DNA from: a virus
Direction: 5' to 3' (one strand)
Virus record (IMG/VR): IMGVR_UViG_3300017917_000332
Coordinates: 1-64,000 of that record
DNA length: 64,000 nucleotides
How positions within the stretch are numbered: position 1 is the stretch's first letter; each line of letters begins with the position of its first letter. The position numbers and the translations under genes were made by a program. The notes below the pieces were generated by a model. It saw only the letters and a program-made list of their open reading frames with translations, was not told the origin of the DNA and ran no database searches. Below, one piece after another: positions 28,341 to 37,470 of this stretch.

Positions 28341-28491
28341 AGCAGAAGAAATTTTTGAAGAAATTCCCGGGGATCCCGATAACGTCATGATGAAAATTCC
28401 TGACGAAATTTGTGAAGCCCAGGGATGGAAAGAGGGAGACACATTGAATATTCAAGTAGAAGACGGTAAGATTATCGTCACAAAGGTATAA
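28324..28491 (+). CDS. AbrB/MazE/SpoVT-like DNA-binding protein
   Basis: MKIPDEICEAQGWKEGDTLNIQVEDGKIIV pattern; TAAATA 28313-28318 lies 5 nt before ATG 28324. Confidence 0.7.
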   Translation: MQRTFKAEEIFEEIPGDPDNVMMKIPDEICEAQGWKEGDTLNIQVEDGKIIVTKV

Positions 28492-28709
28492 TGGCAAAAG
28501 ACGATATCATTGAACTAACTGGTGTTGTTGAGGAAGTATTGCCAGGCAACATGTTTAGAGTTAAGGTAGAAAACATGCAGGCTATTTTACTCTGTTACAT
28601 GGGTGGAAAATTAAAACAACATAAGATCCGAATAATCTTAGGTGATAAGGTCAAAGTGGAAGTAAGCCCATACGATCTTACGAAGGGTAGAGTAACTTAT
28701 AGGTTATAA
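28491..28709 (+). CDS. infA: Translation initiation factor IF-1
   Basis: 72 aa; MAKDDIIE.TG.V.EVLP..MFRV…IRIILGDKVKVEVSPYDLTKGRVTYR. Confidence 0.95.
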   Translation: MAKDDIIELTGVVEEVLPGNMFRVKVENMQAILLCYMGGKLKQHKIRIILGDKVKVEVSPYDLTKGRVTYRL

Positions 28710-28711
28710 TC

Positions 28712-29386
28712 ATGAACAGCGTTTTGGAAACTGTATGCGGTATTTGTAACAGGGTTCGCCTAAAAACAAAAACTGGCACAAACTTCCAGACACTGTTAAA
28801 AGAGATACGCCGAGAGTTTCGAAAAACTGACATTGACCTAAAGATTAAAAGTCAGTCAAAAAAGTTCTTAACCCAAGAAGAATTCTACGTTAATGCCTAT
28901 TATGACTCCGAAGACGATTTAGAAAAAGAAACGCCAATTGAAGTTATAATATATCACAACTTTAATAAAGAAGTAGTTTGGGACGAGAAACAAATTACTG
29001 ATCTTCTTGTACAGGTTTTTGATGCAGTTGTACATGAAATAAAACATCAAAGACAAAGTCGCAAACGACAACATATCCAATATTGGGATCACCACGATGC
29101 TGGATATCACTACAGAGAATACCTTCAAGATCCTGACGAAATTGATGCGTATGCATTTAGTATAGCAATCGAACTCTGTAGAACTTTGGGCAAACACAGA
29201 GCAATTCGTTATATGCCAAAGTTCACTGCCCTTGCTAGGCTTAAGATCAACGACCAATATGCTAGTCCAAACTTAAATGCTTATGTAAGCCATTTTGAAA
29301 AACCAATCAGCCCGTTACTACGTCTGTTAGCCAAAAAGATCTATGTGCGTCTGAAAAAGATTGACACCGATTACATTTTCCAGTAA
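28712..29386 (+). CDS. HExxH zincin-like protein
   Basis: VVHEIKHQRQ…YLQDPDEIDAYA. Confidence 0.6.
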   Translation: MNSVLETVCGICNRVRLKTKTGTNFQTLLKEIRREFRKTDIDLKIKSQSKKFLTQEEFYVNAYYDSEDDLEKETPIEVIIYHNFNKEVVWDEKQITDLLVQVFDAVVHEIKHQRQSRKRQHIQYWDHHDAGYHYREYLQDPDEIDAYAFSIAIELCRTLGKHRAIRYMPKFTALARLKINDQYASPNLNAYVSHFEKPISPLLRLLAKKIYVRLKKIDTDYIFQ

Positions 29387-29389
29387 AAT
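29361..29389 (+). promoter_or_regulatory. sigma70 promoter
   Basis: TTGACA-N17-TAAAAT. Confidence 0.7.
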
Positions 29390-29423
29390 ACAAACATCTT
29401 AAAACTTCCGGCACAATCCCAAA

Positions 29424-30119
29424 ATGGAAAAAGAATTTTCGGTACAGCAGGTTCTTGCCCTAGCCTGCGCCGCACAGCGATACAACAAAGACTATCTAAA
29501 AGAAACTGTTCCGGTTTATAGCAACGACATGAAAATCATGAGCTATAAATGGGCTAACAAAATGCTGGTGTTGCTAACTCTAATGCCAGAGAATCATCGA
29601 AAGGCTACCCCTGACGAGCCAAATCCACCAATCCTAAAACCAAATCAAGAAGATGTAACCTTAGCAGATGAAATTACAAAATACTTTCGACGTTTGATGT
29701 TTGCGGCAGTACAAGGTGAAAACGAATTTCAAACCAAAGTCAACAGTCTACTAGAAAGCGATATTGTAAAACCTAGCGAAATTGGATTCATTGCCTGTTT
29801 GCCTAGCGTGTATAAAAGAGACTACTCTCAAAATCAAATTAAAAAACGTGTAAAAACAGTTGACAGCGAATACCTTGCCGAAGTAGGAGAAAACATTCTT
29901 GACAAGGACTGCGAAATACTAGAGTGCAATCGCTCAAAGAACTATGATGCTTGGAACGTTTGTGCTATAATTGATAATAAAATGGTCAGTTGGTTTAGTA
30001 AAGTTGATATGAAACTTGGGCCCGCTGTTGTAGTAAAAGCCAAAGTTAAAGATCATAGTAAGCATTGGAAACACGAAAACCCTGTAACTAGATTAAACTA
30101 TGTAAAGGCAGTGCAATGA
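29424..30119 (+). CDS. Hypothetical protein (possible C-terminal OB-like strand pattern)
   Basis: 231-aa ORF after the promoter. Confidence 0.65.
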   Translation: MEKEFSVQQVLALACAAQRYNKDYLKETVPVYSNDMKIMSYKWANKMLVLLTLMPENHRKATPDEPNPPILKPNQEDVTLADEITKYFRRLMFAAVQGENEFQTKVNSLLESDIVKPSEIGFIACLPSVYKRDYSQNQIKKRVKTVDSEYLAEVGENILDKDCEILECNRSKNYDAWNVCAIIDNKMVSWFSKVDMKLGPAVVVKAKVKDHSKHWKHENPVTRLNYVKAVQ

Positions 30120-30553
30120 ACGAAGATCAAGAGTTTATGGACTACGAAAAATTTGCCGAACGGTTAGAGAAGTCTTATCCAAAAATGTATAGTGGCAAAT
30201 ACGGTGGCTTTGCTGTAGGCAAAGGTTGGTGGCCAATCATTGAGAGCTTGAGTGAAAATATCCAGCAACACATTGAATGGGCAAACAGAACAGAAGAAGT
30301 TTGTCCACAGGTAGTTGTAGAACAAGTTAAAGAAAAGTTTGGCGGCTTGCGTTTCTACTATCAAGGCGGTGACGAGCAAATCCACGGAATGGTTCGTATG
30401 GCCGAAGCGTGGGCAGGAATGGCCTGTGAAGAGTGCGGAGGCATTGGCAAGCGTAGAGGTGGTGGTTGGGTCCGTACATTATGTGATGTACATGAAGCAG
30501 AATATCAAGCACGTCAAGAAAAATACGCAAAAGAGAATGGATTAGAGCTATGA
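30116..30553 (+). CDS. Hypothetical phage protein with KEKFGGLRFY and CxxC…CxxH motifs
   Basis: QVKEKFGGLRFY, CEECG, TLCDVH; ATGA coupling. Confidence 0.7.
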   Translation: MNEDQEFMDYEKFAERLEKSYPKMYSGKYGGFAVGKGWWPIIESLSENIQQHIEWANRTEEVCPQVVVEQVKEKFGGLRFYYQGGDEQIHGMVRMAEAWAGMACEECGGIGKRRGGGWVRTLCDVHEAEYQARQEKYAKENGLEL

Positions 30554-30801
30554 CTAAGAAAGAACTGAAGATTGAATTTGCACCAGGTTGTTTTGACAAC
30601 TTTGAAGGGACTCAAGAAGAACTTGACGAAATGGTTGCTGAAATTCAAAATATGTTTGCAAATAAATCTTCTGAAGAAATTGCGGCTATGAGTCGTCCTT
30701 TGACCGAAGAAGACTTTGACGATTTGCCAGAAGATGTTAAACTTCAACTGCTGGACCTTGATCCTGAAGACCTAACACAACCAAAAAGGAAATTACAATG
30801 A
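30550..30801 (+). CDS. Acidic hypothetical protein
   Basis: ATGA-coupled on both sides. Confidence 0.65.
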   Translation: MTKKELKIEFAPGCFDNFEGTQEELDEMVAEIQNMFANKSSEEIAAMSRPLTEEDFDDLPEDVKLQLLDLDPEDLTQPKRKLQ

Positions 30802-31361
30802 TTACCTTGAAAGATTTTTTAGAAGCTGTTGACTATAAAATTACAGGTGGCAGTGAGTTCCAATGGGAATGCTTTGGCCCAAACGCTCGGTATCTTGATG
30901 CTAACGACGGTGATGGTTCAGACAGCAATTACAGCATCAATGCTATTTTTGACAGCGTTGACCAAACTGTATATGTCATTGAAGCATGGGATTACCTAAC
31001 TGATAGAGAGTATCGTTGGTTCAACCCTGACTACAAGTTTAGCTACGATGACGAAGCTTCTGGTAGAGACATTGATCCTAACGAGTCGCTTGACGGTCGA
31101 CGTTATATCGATCTCGAAGTTCCGGAAGATATTTTGGAAAAGATTCACGCTATTGTTGCCGGAGAAGAATACGACAGCCGTGTAAAAGTTCCAGTTGACT
31201 TCACCGACGAAGAACTGTTAAAATATATGAAACTAGCGCATGATCGTGATATCACCTTTAACCAATTAGTTGAAGAAGCATTACGCCATGCTATATCTGA
31301 ACACCAAGCTGGGCGTCTAACTAGAGAGGACGCACAGCGTTTTATACGAGAACGAGAATGA
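30798..31361 (+). CDS. Hypothetical protein with C-terminal ribbon-helix-helix-like segment
   Basis: VPVDFTDEELLKYMKLAHDRDITFNQLVEEAL. Confidence 0.6.
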   Translation: MITLKDFLEAVDYKITGGSEFQWECFGPNARYLDANDGDGSDSNYSINAIFDSVDQTVYVIEAWDYLTDREYRWFNPDYKFSYDDEASGRDIDPNESLDGRRYIDLEVPEDILEKIHAIVAGEEYDSRVKVPVDFTDEELLKYMKLAHDRDITFNQLVEEALRHAISEHQAGRLTREDAQRFIRERE

Positions 31362-32212
31362 AAATTACACTAGTATCAGATCTCCATCTCGAGTTTTCTG
31401 ATTGCTTTGATATTAAAAATGAAAACAACGCAGATGTGTTGATCCTTGGCGGCGACATTATGATTGCCGAGGACCTACACGACCATCCGCACGTTCCTAG
31501 TATTTACGAATACGGCTCATTTGCCGACTTGGGTCGTAAGCAAAAGCGTGTGCAAACATTCCGTGATTTCCTAACACGGATGAGCAATCTGTTTCCGCAT
31601 GTTATCTATGTTGCTGGTAATCACGAGTTCTATCACGGCAAGTGGGTCAAGGGTATTCAGTATCTGCGTGAAACTTGCGCACAGTATCCTAATGTTCACT
31701 TCCTCGAACGTGACACTGTTAAAATAGACGATGTGACCTTTGTGGGCGGTACACTGTGGACTGACATGAACAAAGGTGATCCCTTAACACTTCATGCTGT
31801 TCGAGATATGATGAATGACTATAGGATTATCCGCAACGATGATAAGGGCTATACAACTCTTAAGCCTGCAGATACAGTTATTCGTCACCGTGAAACACTA
31901 AACTACATTCGTAGTGTTGTAGCAGAACGACATGATGAAAAGTTTGTTGTTGTCGGACATCACAGTCCTAGCCATCAAAGTATTCATCCGCAATATGCAC
32001 ACGACAGTTTAATGAACGGCGCATATCACAGCGACCTGAGTGAGTTCATTTTGGATCACCCACAGATCAAACTGTGGACACATGGACATACTCATCATTG
32101 CTTTGACTATGTAATTGGCGAAACAAGAATTGTCTGTAACCCACGTGGTTACGAAAACGATGGTTACAGCGAAGACACTGGCTGGAACCCAAACTTAATT
32201 TTGGAGGTTTAA
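31358..32212 (+). CDS. Calcineurin-like metallophosphoesterase
   Basis: SDLHLE, GGD, GNHEFY, GHHSP, HGHTH. Confidence 0.9.
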   Translation: MKITLVSDLHLEFSDCFDIKNENNADVLILGGDIMIAEDLHDHPHVPSIYEYGSFADLGRKQKRVQTFRDFLTRMSNLFPHVIYVAGNHEFYHGKWVKGIQYLRETCAQYPNVHFLERDTVKIDDVTFVGGTLWTDMNKGDPLTLHAVRDMMNDYRIIRNDDKGYTTLKPADTVIRHRETLNYIRSVVAERHDEKFVVVGHHSPSHQSIHPQYAHDSLMNGAYHSDLSEFILDHPQIKLWTHGHTHHCFDYVIGETRIVCNPRGYENDGYSEDTGWNPNLILEV

Positions 32213-32395
32213 ATGGAACAAGAAAATAAGACACCAACTATTAGCGAGATGCTAAGAATTACTGCTGGGAATAATCAAGCACTGTTGATTAAGATTGCAG
32301 ATCGAATTGATGAAATGCAAGCAGAGATTGACAGGCTTGCCCAGCGTGTAATTGAACTAGAAGGTTCGCAAAATGACAATCCAAAGTCTGAATGA
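32213..32395 (+). CDS. Small coiled-coil hypothetical protein
   Basis: GGAGG SD, 60 aa. Confidence 0.6.
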   Translation: MEQENKTPTISEMLRITAGNNQALLIKIADRIDEMQAEIDRLAQRVIELEGSQNDNPKSE

Positions 32396-32699
32396 GAAAG
32401 AATTTAAGCTATTTAAAAAATGGCTAAAGAGTCACTTGGCCTTTGGGCCAGTGACTGTAACTTTTACCAAAAAAGATGGTACCGAACGGGTTATGGAATG
32501 TACAACCAAACCAGAACTTGTTCCAGTTGACATAGTTGAAGAAAAGCATTATACTAACACAAATGATCCTGTAGACTTTCCTAAGCCAAAACGTGAAAAG
32601 AAAGTTAATGAAGATGTATGTCCAGTGTTTGATCTCGAAGCACAACATTGGAAAAGTTTTCGCTGGGATTCTGTAAAATCTGTTTCAATTAAACTCTGA
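32373..32699 (+). CDS. WYL_2/Sm-like SH3 beta-barrel phage protein
   Basis: VTFTKKDGTERVMECT…VFDLEAQHWKSFRWDSV. Confidence 0.65.
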   Translation: MTIQSLNEKEFKLFKKWLKSHLAFGPVTVTFTKKDGTERVMECTTKPELVPVDIVEEKHYTNTNDPVDFPKPKREKKVNEDVCPVFDLEAQHWKSFRWDSVKSVSIKL

Positions 32700-32707
32700 A
32701 AGTTATT

Positions 32708-33157
32708 ATGAAAATTGGTCTTAGTTATAGTAGATGCATCCGAGATATTGTAGATGGTGCAGTAGACATCAATGACGTTTTGGTAATTATTGCTCGTACA
32801 GACTTTGATCCTAGAGATGACAAACAATGGGCAGGTATCTGGAAGGGCTACGGTGGCGGCTCTGAAGGAAACTCAATGCGAGGCTTTTTTAGTGGTAGCC
32901 ACCCAGAATGGGATGGCTATGATGATGACATGGAGCAAAAATTCCGCGAAGTTAGTATTCAACTTTGGGATGAAGGTAAGTTTCATCAGCCTCGTAAGTT
33001 TGGTGCTCACCCACGTAGACTTCCACATATTTGGCTAGAAACTATTCTTCCAAGTGAAGAATTAGACCAAAATCCTGGTATCAAAGCCGCTTGGAATAAA
33101 TTTCAAACCTTGGCTAGCTTGTCTAGCGTAGACTTGAATAAAGACCATCAAGTATGA
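32708..33157 (+). CDS. Hypothetical protein
   Basis: 149-aa ORF in operon. Confidence 0.65.
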   Translation: MKIGLSYSRCIRDIVDGAVDINDVLVIIARTDFDPRDDKQWAGIWKGYGGGSEGNSMRGFFSGSHPEWDGYDDDMEQKFREVSIQLWDEGKFHQPRKFGAHPRRLPHIWLETILPSEELDQNPGIKAAWNKFQTLASLSSVDLNKDHQV

Positions 33158-33684
33158 AACTCCTTGCCTTACTAGCACTAGCAGTTTCGTTGCCGGTACT
33201 AGCACAAGAATCTTGTGTAGTCAAGCAAACTAGCCAAATGGTTAACCAACGTAAAGTGGGTGCCGTAACTGATCTAGTTAAAAATAAAAGTCCAAACAAA
33301 TGCCAGGTCCGTTTTAAGATAAATGTCGACGGAGATTGGCATACTATAAATTGGACTCAAGAAGGACTTTGGCAGGAAGAGATTCTTTGCGCCGACGCAA
33401 TTCGTCATGGTACTAACGACCTTTTGGTAAGATTGCCTGGAGTTTATAAAACTGAAACTATCACCGTCTGCACTGACAAACCAAAAGTTTTGGCTAAAGG
33501 GTACGAAGGTTTAGAAACTGAATTCGGCATTGATCGTTCCAAATTCAAAGGCTACTTCCGAGCAGGCCACGCTGTTAAATGTAGATTCTTTAATGGGTTC
33601 TACGACAGTGGTAAAGAGATTTCGGCTAGCGGAGTCATTTGCCTAAACAATAATGAACTTTGGACAGTGATTGACAAGTTCTGA
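33154..33684 (+). CDS. Secreted Cys-containing hypothetical protein
   Basis: Signal peptide MKLLALLALAVSLPVLA. Confidence 0.65.
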   Translation: MKLLALLALAVSLPVLAQESCVVKQTSQMVNQRKVGAVTDLVKNKSPNKCQVRFKINVDGDWHTINWTQEGLWQEEILCADAIRHGTNDLLVRLPGVYKTETITVCTDKPKVLAKGYEGLETEFGIDRSKFKGYFRAGHAVKCRFFNGFYDSGKEISASGVICLNNNELWTVIDKF

Positions 33685-33685
33685 C

Positions 33686-33714
33686 TTGACAACTATCTCT
33701 GTTGGCTTTACAAT
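33686..33714 (+). promoter_or_regulatory. sigma70 promoter
   Basis: TTGACA-N17-TACAAT. Confidence 0.75.
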
Positions 33715-33746
33715 ACAAAGTATCGTAATTCGATAGAGAGGCATTT

Positions 33747-33875
33747 ATGAAGGCATTTATTTTAGGCACAATCTTTGGTTTGGTACTAGCTACTGTTGGT
33801 TTCAGCGGTATTGCTCGTATGCTTGACAAAGGCATTGACACAGTTAAAACACAGTCACAGGAGATGGCAAAATGA
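33747..33875 (+). CDS. 42-aa single-TM protein (not in ORF track)
   Basis: MKAFILGTIFGLVLATVGFSGIARMLDKGIDTVKTQSQEMAK; GAGAGG SD; ATGA-coupled to the next gene. Confidence 0.65.
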   Translation: MKAFILGTIFGLVLATVGFSGIARMLDKGIDTVKTQSQEMAK

Positions 33876-33994
33876 AAATGGTACTTGCAATTTTGGTTTC
33901 CATTATGCTTACCGCTTGTGGTACAATCGGTGGTGCAGTTTCCGGCGCTGGCTCCGATTTGACTAAAGCCGGGGAATGGATTCGTTCAAAATGA
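33872..33994 (+). CDS. 40-aa entericidin (EcnA/B)-like lipoprotein (not in ORF track)
   Basis: MKMVLAILVSIMLTAC-GTIGGAVSGAGSDLTKAGEWIRSK; lipobox LTAC; AGGAG SD. Confidence 0.65.
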   Translation: MKMVLAILVSIMLTACGTIGGAVSGAGSDLTKAGEWIRSK

Positions 33995-34545
33995 GAAAAC
34001 TAATTCTACTGCCAATCTTAGCCGCACTTACAGCCTGTGGAACAACTGATCCCTACGGTAAAAGAGCAGAGCAAGAACAAAGACGTCAAGCCCGTGCTAT
34101 CGAACAGTCTATCGACAAAGCACCTAAATGGATGTTCGAGCTTCCTGTAAGTTCTAGTGCAGTATTTGAAAACGGTACTGCTGTTAGTGGCGACTGGATG
34201 ATGGCCGATGCCAAAGCCAAGGCGACTGCTTATGGTAAGATCTGTATGATGGCGGGCGGCACAGCAAGCCAACAGACTAAAATTTATCGTACCGACAGTG
34301 AAGTAACTTCAACTGAACTCAGCGAACAAGCTATCAAAACTGGTTGCAAGAGTGTAGACCTTACAGGTGTTGAAGTTAAAGACAAGAAAGTTGTCCAAGA
34401 AGGTAACCGTTACCGAGTATATGTTCTTGTAGTATTGCCAACTGGTGACGCTAATATTCTTCGCAAGGCTTCCGATGCTCGTAAGCAAAGAGATCTTGCT
34501 GAAAAACGTGCTCCAGAAGCATTTAAAGAAATGGAACGTCAATGA
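33991..34545 (+). CDS. Lipoprotein (LPP20-like)
   Basis: MRKLILLPILAALTAC lipobox; APKW…A.A.A pattern. Confidence 0.65.
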   Translation: MRKLILLPILAALTACGTTDPYGKRAEQEQRRQARAIEQSIDKAPKWMFELPVSSSAVFENGTAVSGDWMMADAKAKATAYGKICMMAGGTASQQTKIYRTDSEVTSTELSEQAIKTGCKSVDLTGVEVKDKKVVQEGNRYRVYVLVVLPTGDANILRKASDARKQRDLAEKRAPEAFKEMERQ

Positions 34546-34718
34546 TTAGAGTAATTCTTCTTTTTATAATTCTAGCGGCACTAGTTTGGGGCGCCATCAT
34601 TGGTGTTCAAAAACTTTCAGGTAAACAAGCCTTGGACTTGACTAAGGCTGGCGTTTACGCTATAATTAGTTCATCAGTTGCAGTTGCTCTGATGTTTGTA
34701 TTAGTTGAACTTTTTTAA
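34542..34718 (+). CDS. 58-aa two-TM membrane protein (not in ORF track)
   Basis: MIRVILLFIILAALVWGAIIG…VYAIISSSVAVALMFVLVELF; ATGA-coupled. Confidence 0.55.
   Translation: MIRVILLFIILAALVWGAIIGVQKLSGKQALDLTKAGVYAIISSSVAVALMFVLVELF
34638..34666 (+). promoter_or_regulatory. sigma70 promoter
   Basis: TTGACT-N17-TATAAT. Confidence 0.7.
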
Positions 34719-34725
34719 GGTTTAT

Positions 34726-34812
34726 ATGATTAATGATTTTTGGTTGCGGCCCCTGTACTTTGTACTTGGATTCGTTGTTTGTTTTTTTCTAATGGTTAAA
34801 GGATTTATTTAA
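34726..34812 (+). CDS. 28-aa hydrophobic peptide (not in ORF track)
   Basis: MINDFWLRPLYFVLGFVVCFFLMVKGFI; AAGG SD; fills the gap before the SPFH gene. Confidence 0.45.
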   Translation: MINDFWLRPLYFVLGFVVCFFLMVKGFI

Positions 34813-34813
34813 A

Positions 34814-35608
34814 ATGAAACGTATTTTTACTCTCTCCATTCTTGCCGCCGCAGTTCTTGCTACTGGCTGTACTCGTATTGAAACAGGTGAAGTCGGAGTC
34901 CGTGTTGGCTTTGACAAGCAGGTTAAATCGGGTGAACTTATGCCTGGTTCGTTCAATCAGGTTTTGATTGGCGATGTGTTGACTTTCCCAGTTAAGGATG
35001 TAAACGTTGTCATCGATAACATGACTCCTGTTGCCAAAGATAACTCAACCATGAAAGATTTGGATATGGTTGTTGTCTACAACATTAATCCTCAACAAGT
35101 ATCGGAACTCTATTCAACTAAGAACCGTGCCTTCCACGCAGAAGCCAAAGGCGATGTTTATCTAATGTATAACTACATCGTCCAAAACGCCCGTAATGCT
35201 ATGTACAAGGCCGCCCGTAAGTACGAAGCACTAGACATGGCTGATAACCGTGAAGCAATGGAAACTCAGGTCCGAGAAGAAATTCAAAAGAACCTTGCTG
35301 AAGAAAAGCTGGACGGTACTATTACTATCAGCCAAGTGTTGATTCGTAACGTAACTCCTGCTGACTCAGTCGTTGAATCTGCTAACGCACTAGTCCGTGC
35401 CAAGAATGAACTCAAGCAGAAAGAAGTAGAAGTTAAGACTGCTGAAGCAGAAGCACGTCGAATGGCCGCTCTTGCTAACAACTCTGCCAGTTCAATCGCA
35501 TTTATGAACGCACAGGCCGCACTTAATATCTCCGAAGGTATTAAGAATGGTAAGGTACAGACTATTGTTGTTCCATCTAACATGACATCTTTGATGTTGC
35601 CTAAGTAA
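34814..35608 (+). CDS. SPFH/band-7 (prohibitin-like) protein
   Basis: GEVGVRV.F, band-7 core, Ala/Glu-rich coiled-coil tail; N-terminal LATGC lipobox-like motif. Confidence 0.85.
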   Translation: MKRIFTLSILAAAVLATGCTRIETGEVGVRVGFDKQVKSGELMPGSFNQVLIGDVLTFPVKDVNVVIDNMTPVAKDNSTMKDLDMVVVYNINPQQVSELYSTKNRAFHAEAKGDVYLMYNYIVQNARNAMYKAARKYEALDMADNREAMETQVREEIQKNLAEEKLDGTITISQVLIRNVTPADSVVESANALVRAKNELKQKEVEVKTAEAEARRMAALANNSASSIAFMNAQAALNISEGIKNGKVQTIVVPSNMTSLMLPK

Positions 35609-35609
35609 T

Positions 35610-35795
35610 ATGTTGTGGACTTTAATACTGTTTGCACATGCCGGTATTATGAGTGATAAGGACTCCATGGCACTGACCACAGTGCCTGGATTCCAAAGTC
35701 AAGCTCAATGTCAAGCCGCAGGCGAAGCATCTAAGAAGATGGCATCAGCAACTACCAAAGTAATCAAATATCACTGTGTAGAGGTTACAAAATGA
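35610..35795 (+). CDS. Small exported protein with Cys pair
   Basis: Hydrophobic N-terminus, F.S.AQC.AAG…YHC. Confidence 0.55.
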   Translation: MLWTLILFAHAGIMSDKDSMALTTVPGFQSQAQCQAAGEASKKMASATTKVIKYHCVEVTK

Positions 35796-36136
35796 GTTTT
35801 CTAAGTTTTCTAGGGTTTGGCAAAATGGTTGAAGATGGTGCAAAAGTTCTAGAGTTTCCAAAACCAAAAGTCGTTGCACCTATGCCGCCTGTCGCTCCTC
35901 CCAAGAAGTCCGAACCTAAAGAGCATTATCGTGTAGGTTATGTTGCCGAAACCGGCATGACTACACTAACCATTCTATCAAACGATGGATGGGGTAGCAT
36001 TACACTAAGTATGAATCGCGAAGCCTGTGAAGCAATGATTAGACTTCTTCGTGCAACATACGATGACAGCTTTACTCCGGAAGACGATCCAGATGGTGGA
36101 TTACCTGTAGAAGAAAGTGAAGCAAAAGTAGCTTAA
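35792..36136 (+). CDS. Hypothetical protein
   Basis: ATGA-coupled; Pro-rich linker. Confidence 0.6.
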   Translation: MSFLSFLGFGKMVEDGAKVLEFPKPKVVAPMPPVAPPKKSEPKEHYRVGYVAETGMTTLTILSNDGWGSITLSMNREACEAMIRLLRATYDDSFTPEDDPDGGLPVEESEAKVA

Positions 36137-36155
36137 TATTAAAAATGGAGTAATA

Positions 36156-36776
36156 ATGACAAGACTAATTCCAACCGTTATCGAAACTGAAGCACGTGGC
36201 GAACGTGCTTATGACATTTACAGTCGCTTGCTTAAAGACCGTATTGTTATGCTTGATAGTGATGTTAACGAGCATACTGCCAGTGTTATTGTCGCACAGC
36301 TTCTATTCTTAGAAAGCCAAGGAAACGAAGACATCCAGTTCTTTATTAATAGTCCAGGTGGTCTGGTTACAGCTGGCTTGGCTATCTATGACACAATGCA
36401 GTTTATTAAACCTGATGTATCAACTATTGTTTTGGGACAGGCCGCAAGTATGGGGTCGTTCCTAGCACAGGCGGGTGCGCCGGGTAAACGTTTTGTCTTG
36501 CCCGAAAGCCGTACAATGGTACACCGTGTTAGTTCGGGTACACCAGGTACACGTGGATCTGTCCACGTACAAGAACTTCAATTTGAAGACGCAAAACGTA
36601 CCTATGAAGAAAGCCAGCGTATTAACAAGCGTTTAACTGAGCTATATGTTAAGCATAATACAGCGGGCAAAACCTACGATCAGCTTTACGAAACTATGAA
36701 ATTTGACACGTTCCTAAGTGCAGATCAGGCTGTAGAATACGGTTTAGCCGATAAAGTTATCACCAAACGCCCTTGA
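36156..36776 (+). CDS. clpP: ATP-dependent Clp protease proteolytic subunit
   Basis: [28 protein letters not shown] (Ser), MVH (His), DTFLSA (Asp). Confidence 0.95.
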   Translation: MTRLIPTVIETEARGERAYDIYSRLLKDRIVMLDSDVNEHTASVIVAQLLFLESQGNEDIQFFINSPGGLVTAGLAIYDTMQFIKPDVSTIVLGQAASMGSFLAQAGAPGKRFVLPESRTMVHRVSSGTPGTRGSVHVQELQFEDAKRTYEESQRINKRLTELYVKHNTAGKTYDQLYETMKFDTFLSADQAVEYGLADKVITKRP

Positions 36777-36817
36777 TAAATCCTGTATCTGTGTTAGAAT
36801 ATAAATATACGCAGATA
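36773..36817 (+). promoter_or_regulatory. Late promoter TATAAATA inside a hairpin, plus a possible sigma70 promoter
   Basis: TATAAATA 36800-36807 flanked by TATCTGTGT/ACGCAGATA; TTGATA-N16-TAGAAT. Confidence 0.5.
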
Positions 36818-36837
36818 ATGATCAAAAAGGGCTCGCC

Positions 36838-37410
36838 GTGAAAAAATTAGAGGAATTTACCGCTGACGAACGAATTAATGTTAAACTACTCGATAATCAT
36901 GTACATTTCTTAGTAGGTGAAATTGAAGAAGAAAACGTTAATAATTGTATTCGTTGGATTACATACGAGAACCTAGACTTTAAAGAAAAAACTCTTACAC
37001 TGTATATCAACTCAACGGGCGGTGACTTATACCAAGCATTGGCCCTAATTGATATCATGAAGTCTAGTAATCACCCAATTAGAGTAGTTGGAATTGGTGC
37101 TGTAATGAGTGCGGCATTTTTGATATTTGCTAGCGGTACTAAAGGTGAGCGGGCGGCCGCTTCGAACACTAGTTTTATGTGTCATCAGTTCAGTTCTGGA
37201 ATAGAAGCCAAATATCACGACATCAAAGCCGAAATGAAAGAAAACGAATCATTAAACACCAAAATGGTTAACATTCTCAAAGAGGCTACAGGACTGCCAA
37301 CAGCCAAAGTTAAAGCCAAATTGCTACCGGCTTCGGACGTTTATCTTAGCGCAGACGAAGTAGTTGATTTGGGTGTAGCTGATTATATTTTGGGCTTAGA
37401 AGAAGAATAA
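36838..37410 (+). CDS. clpP: Second, divergent ClpP-family subunit
   Basis: YINSTGG, GAVMSAA, MCHQ, DVYLSA. Confidence 0.85.
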   Translation: MKKLEEFTADERINVKLLDNHVHFLVGEIEEENVNNCIRWITYENLDFKEKTLTLYINSTGGDLYQALALIDIMKSSNHPIRVVGIGAVMSAAFLIFASGTKGERAAASNTSFMCHQFSSGIEAKYHDIKAEMKENESLNTKMVNILKEATGLPTAKVKAKLLPASDVYLSADEVVDLGVADYILGLEEE

Positions 37411-37413
37411 TCC

Positions 37414-37442
37414 TTGACATTTGTTAGTGTTGGTTGTATAAT
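37414..37442 (+). promoter_or_regulatory. Consensus sigma70 promoter
   Basis: TTGACA-N17-TATAAT. Confidence 0.85.
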
Positions 37443-37470
37443 AGACTTATATAATTAACTAAGGACCAAA

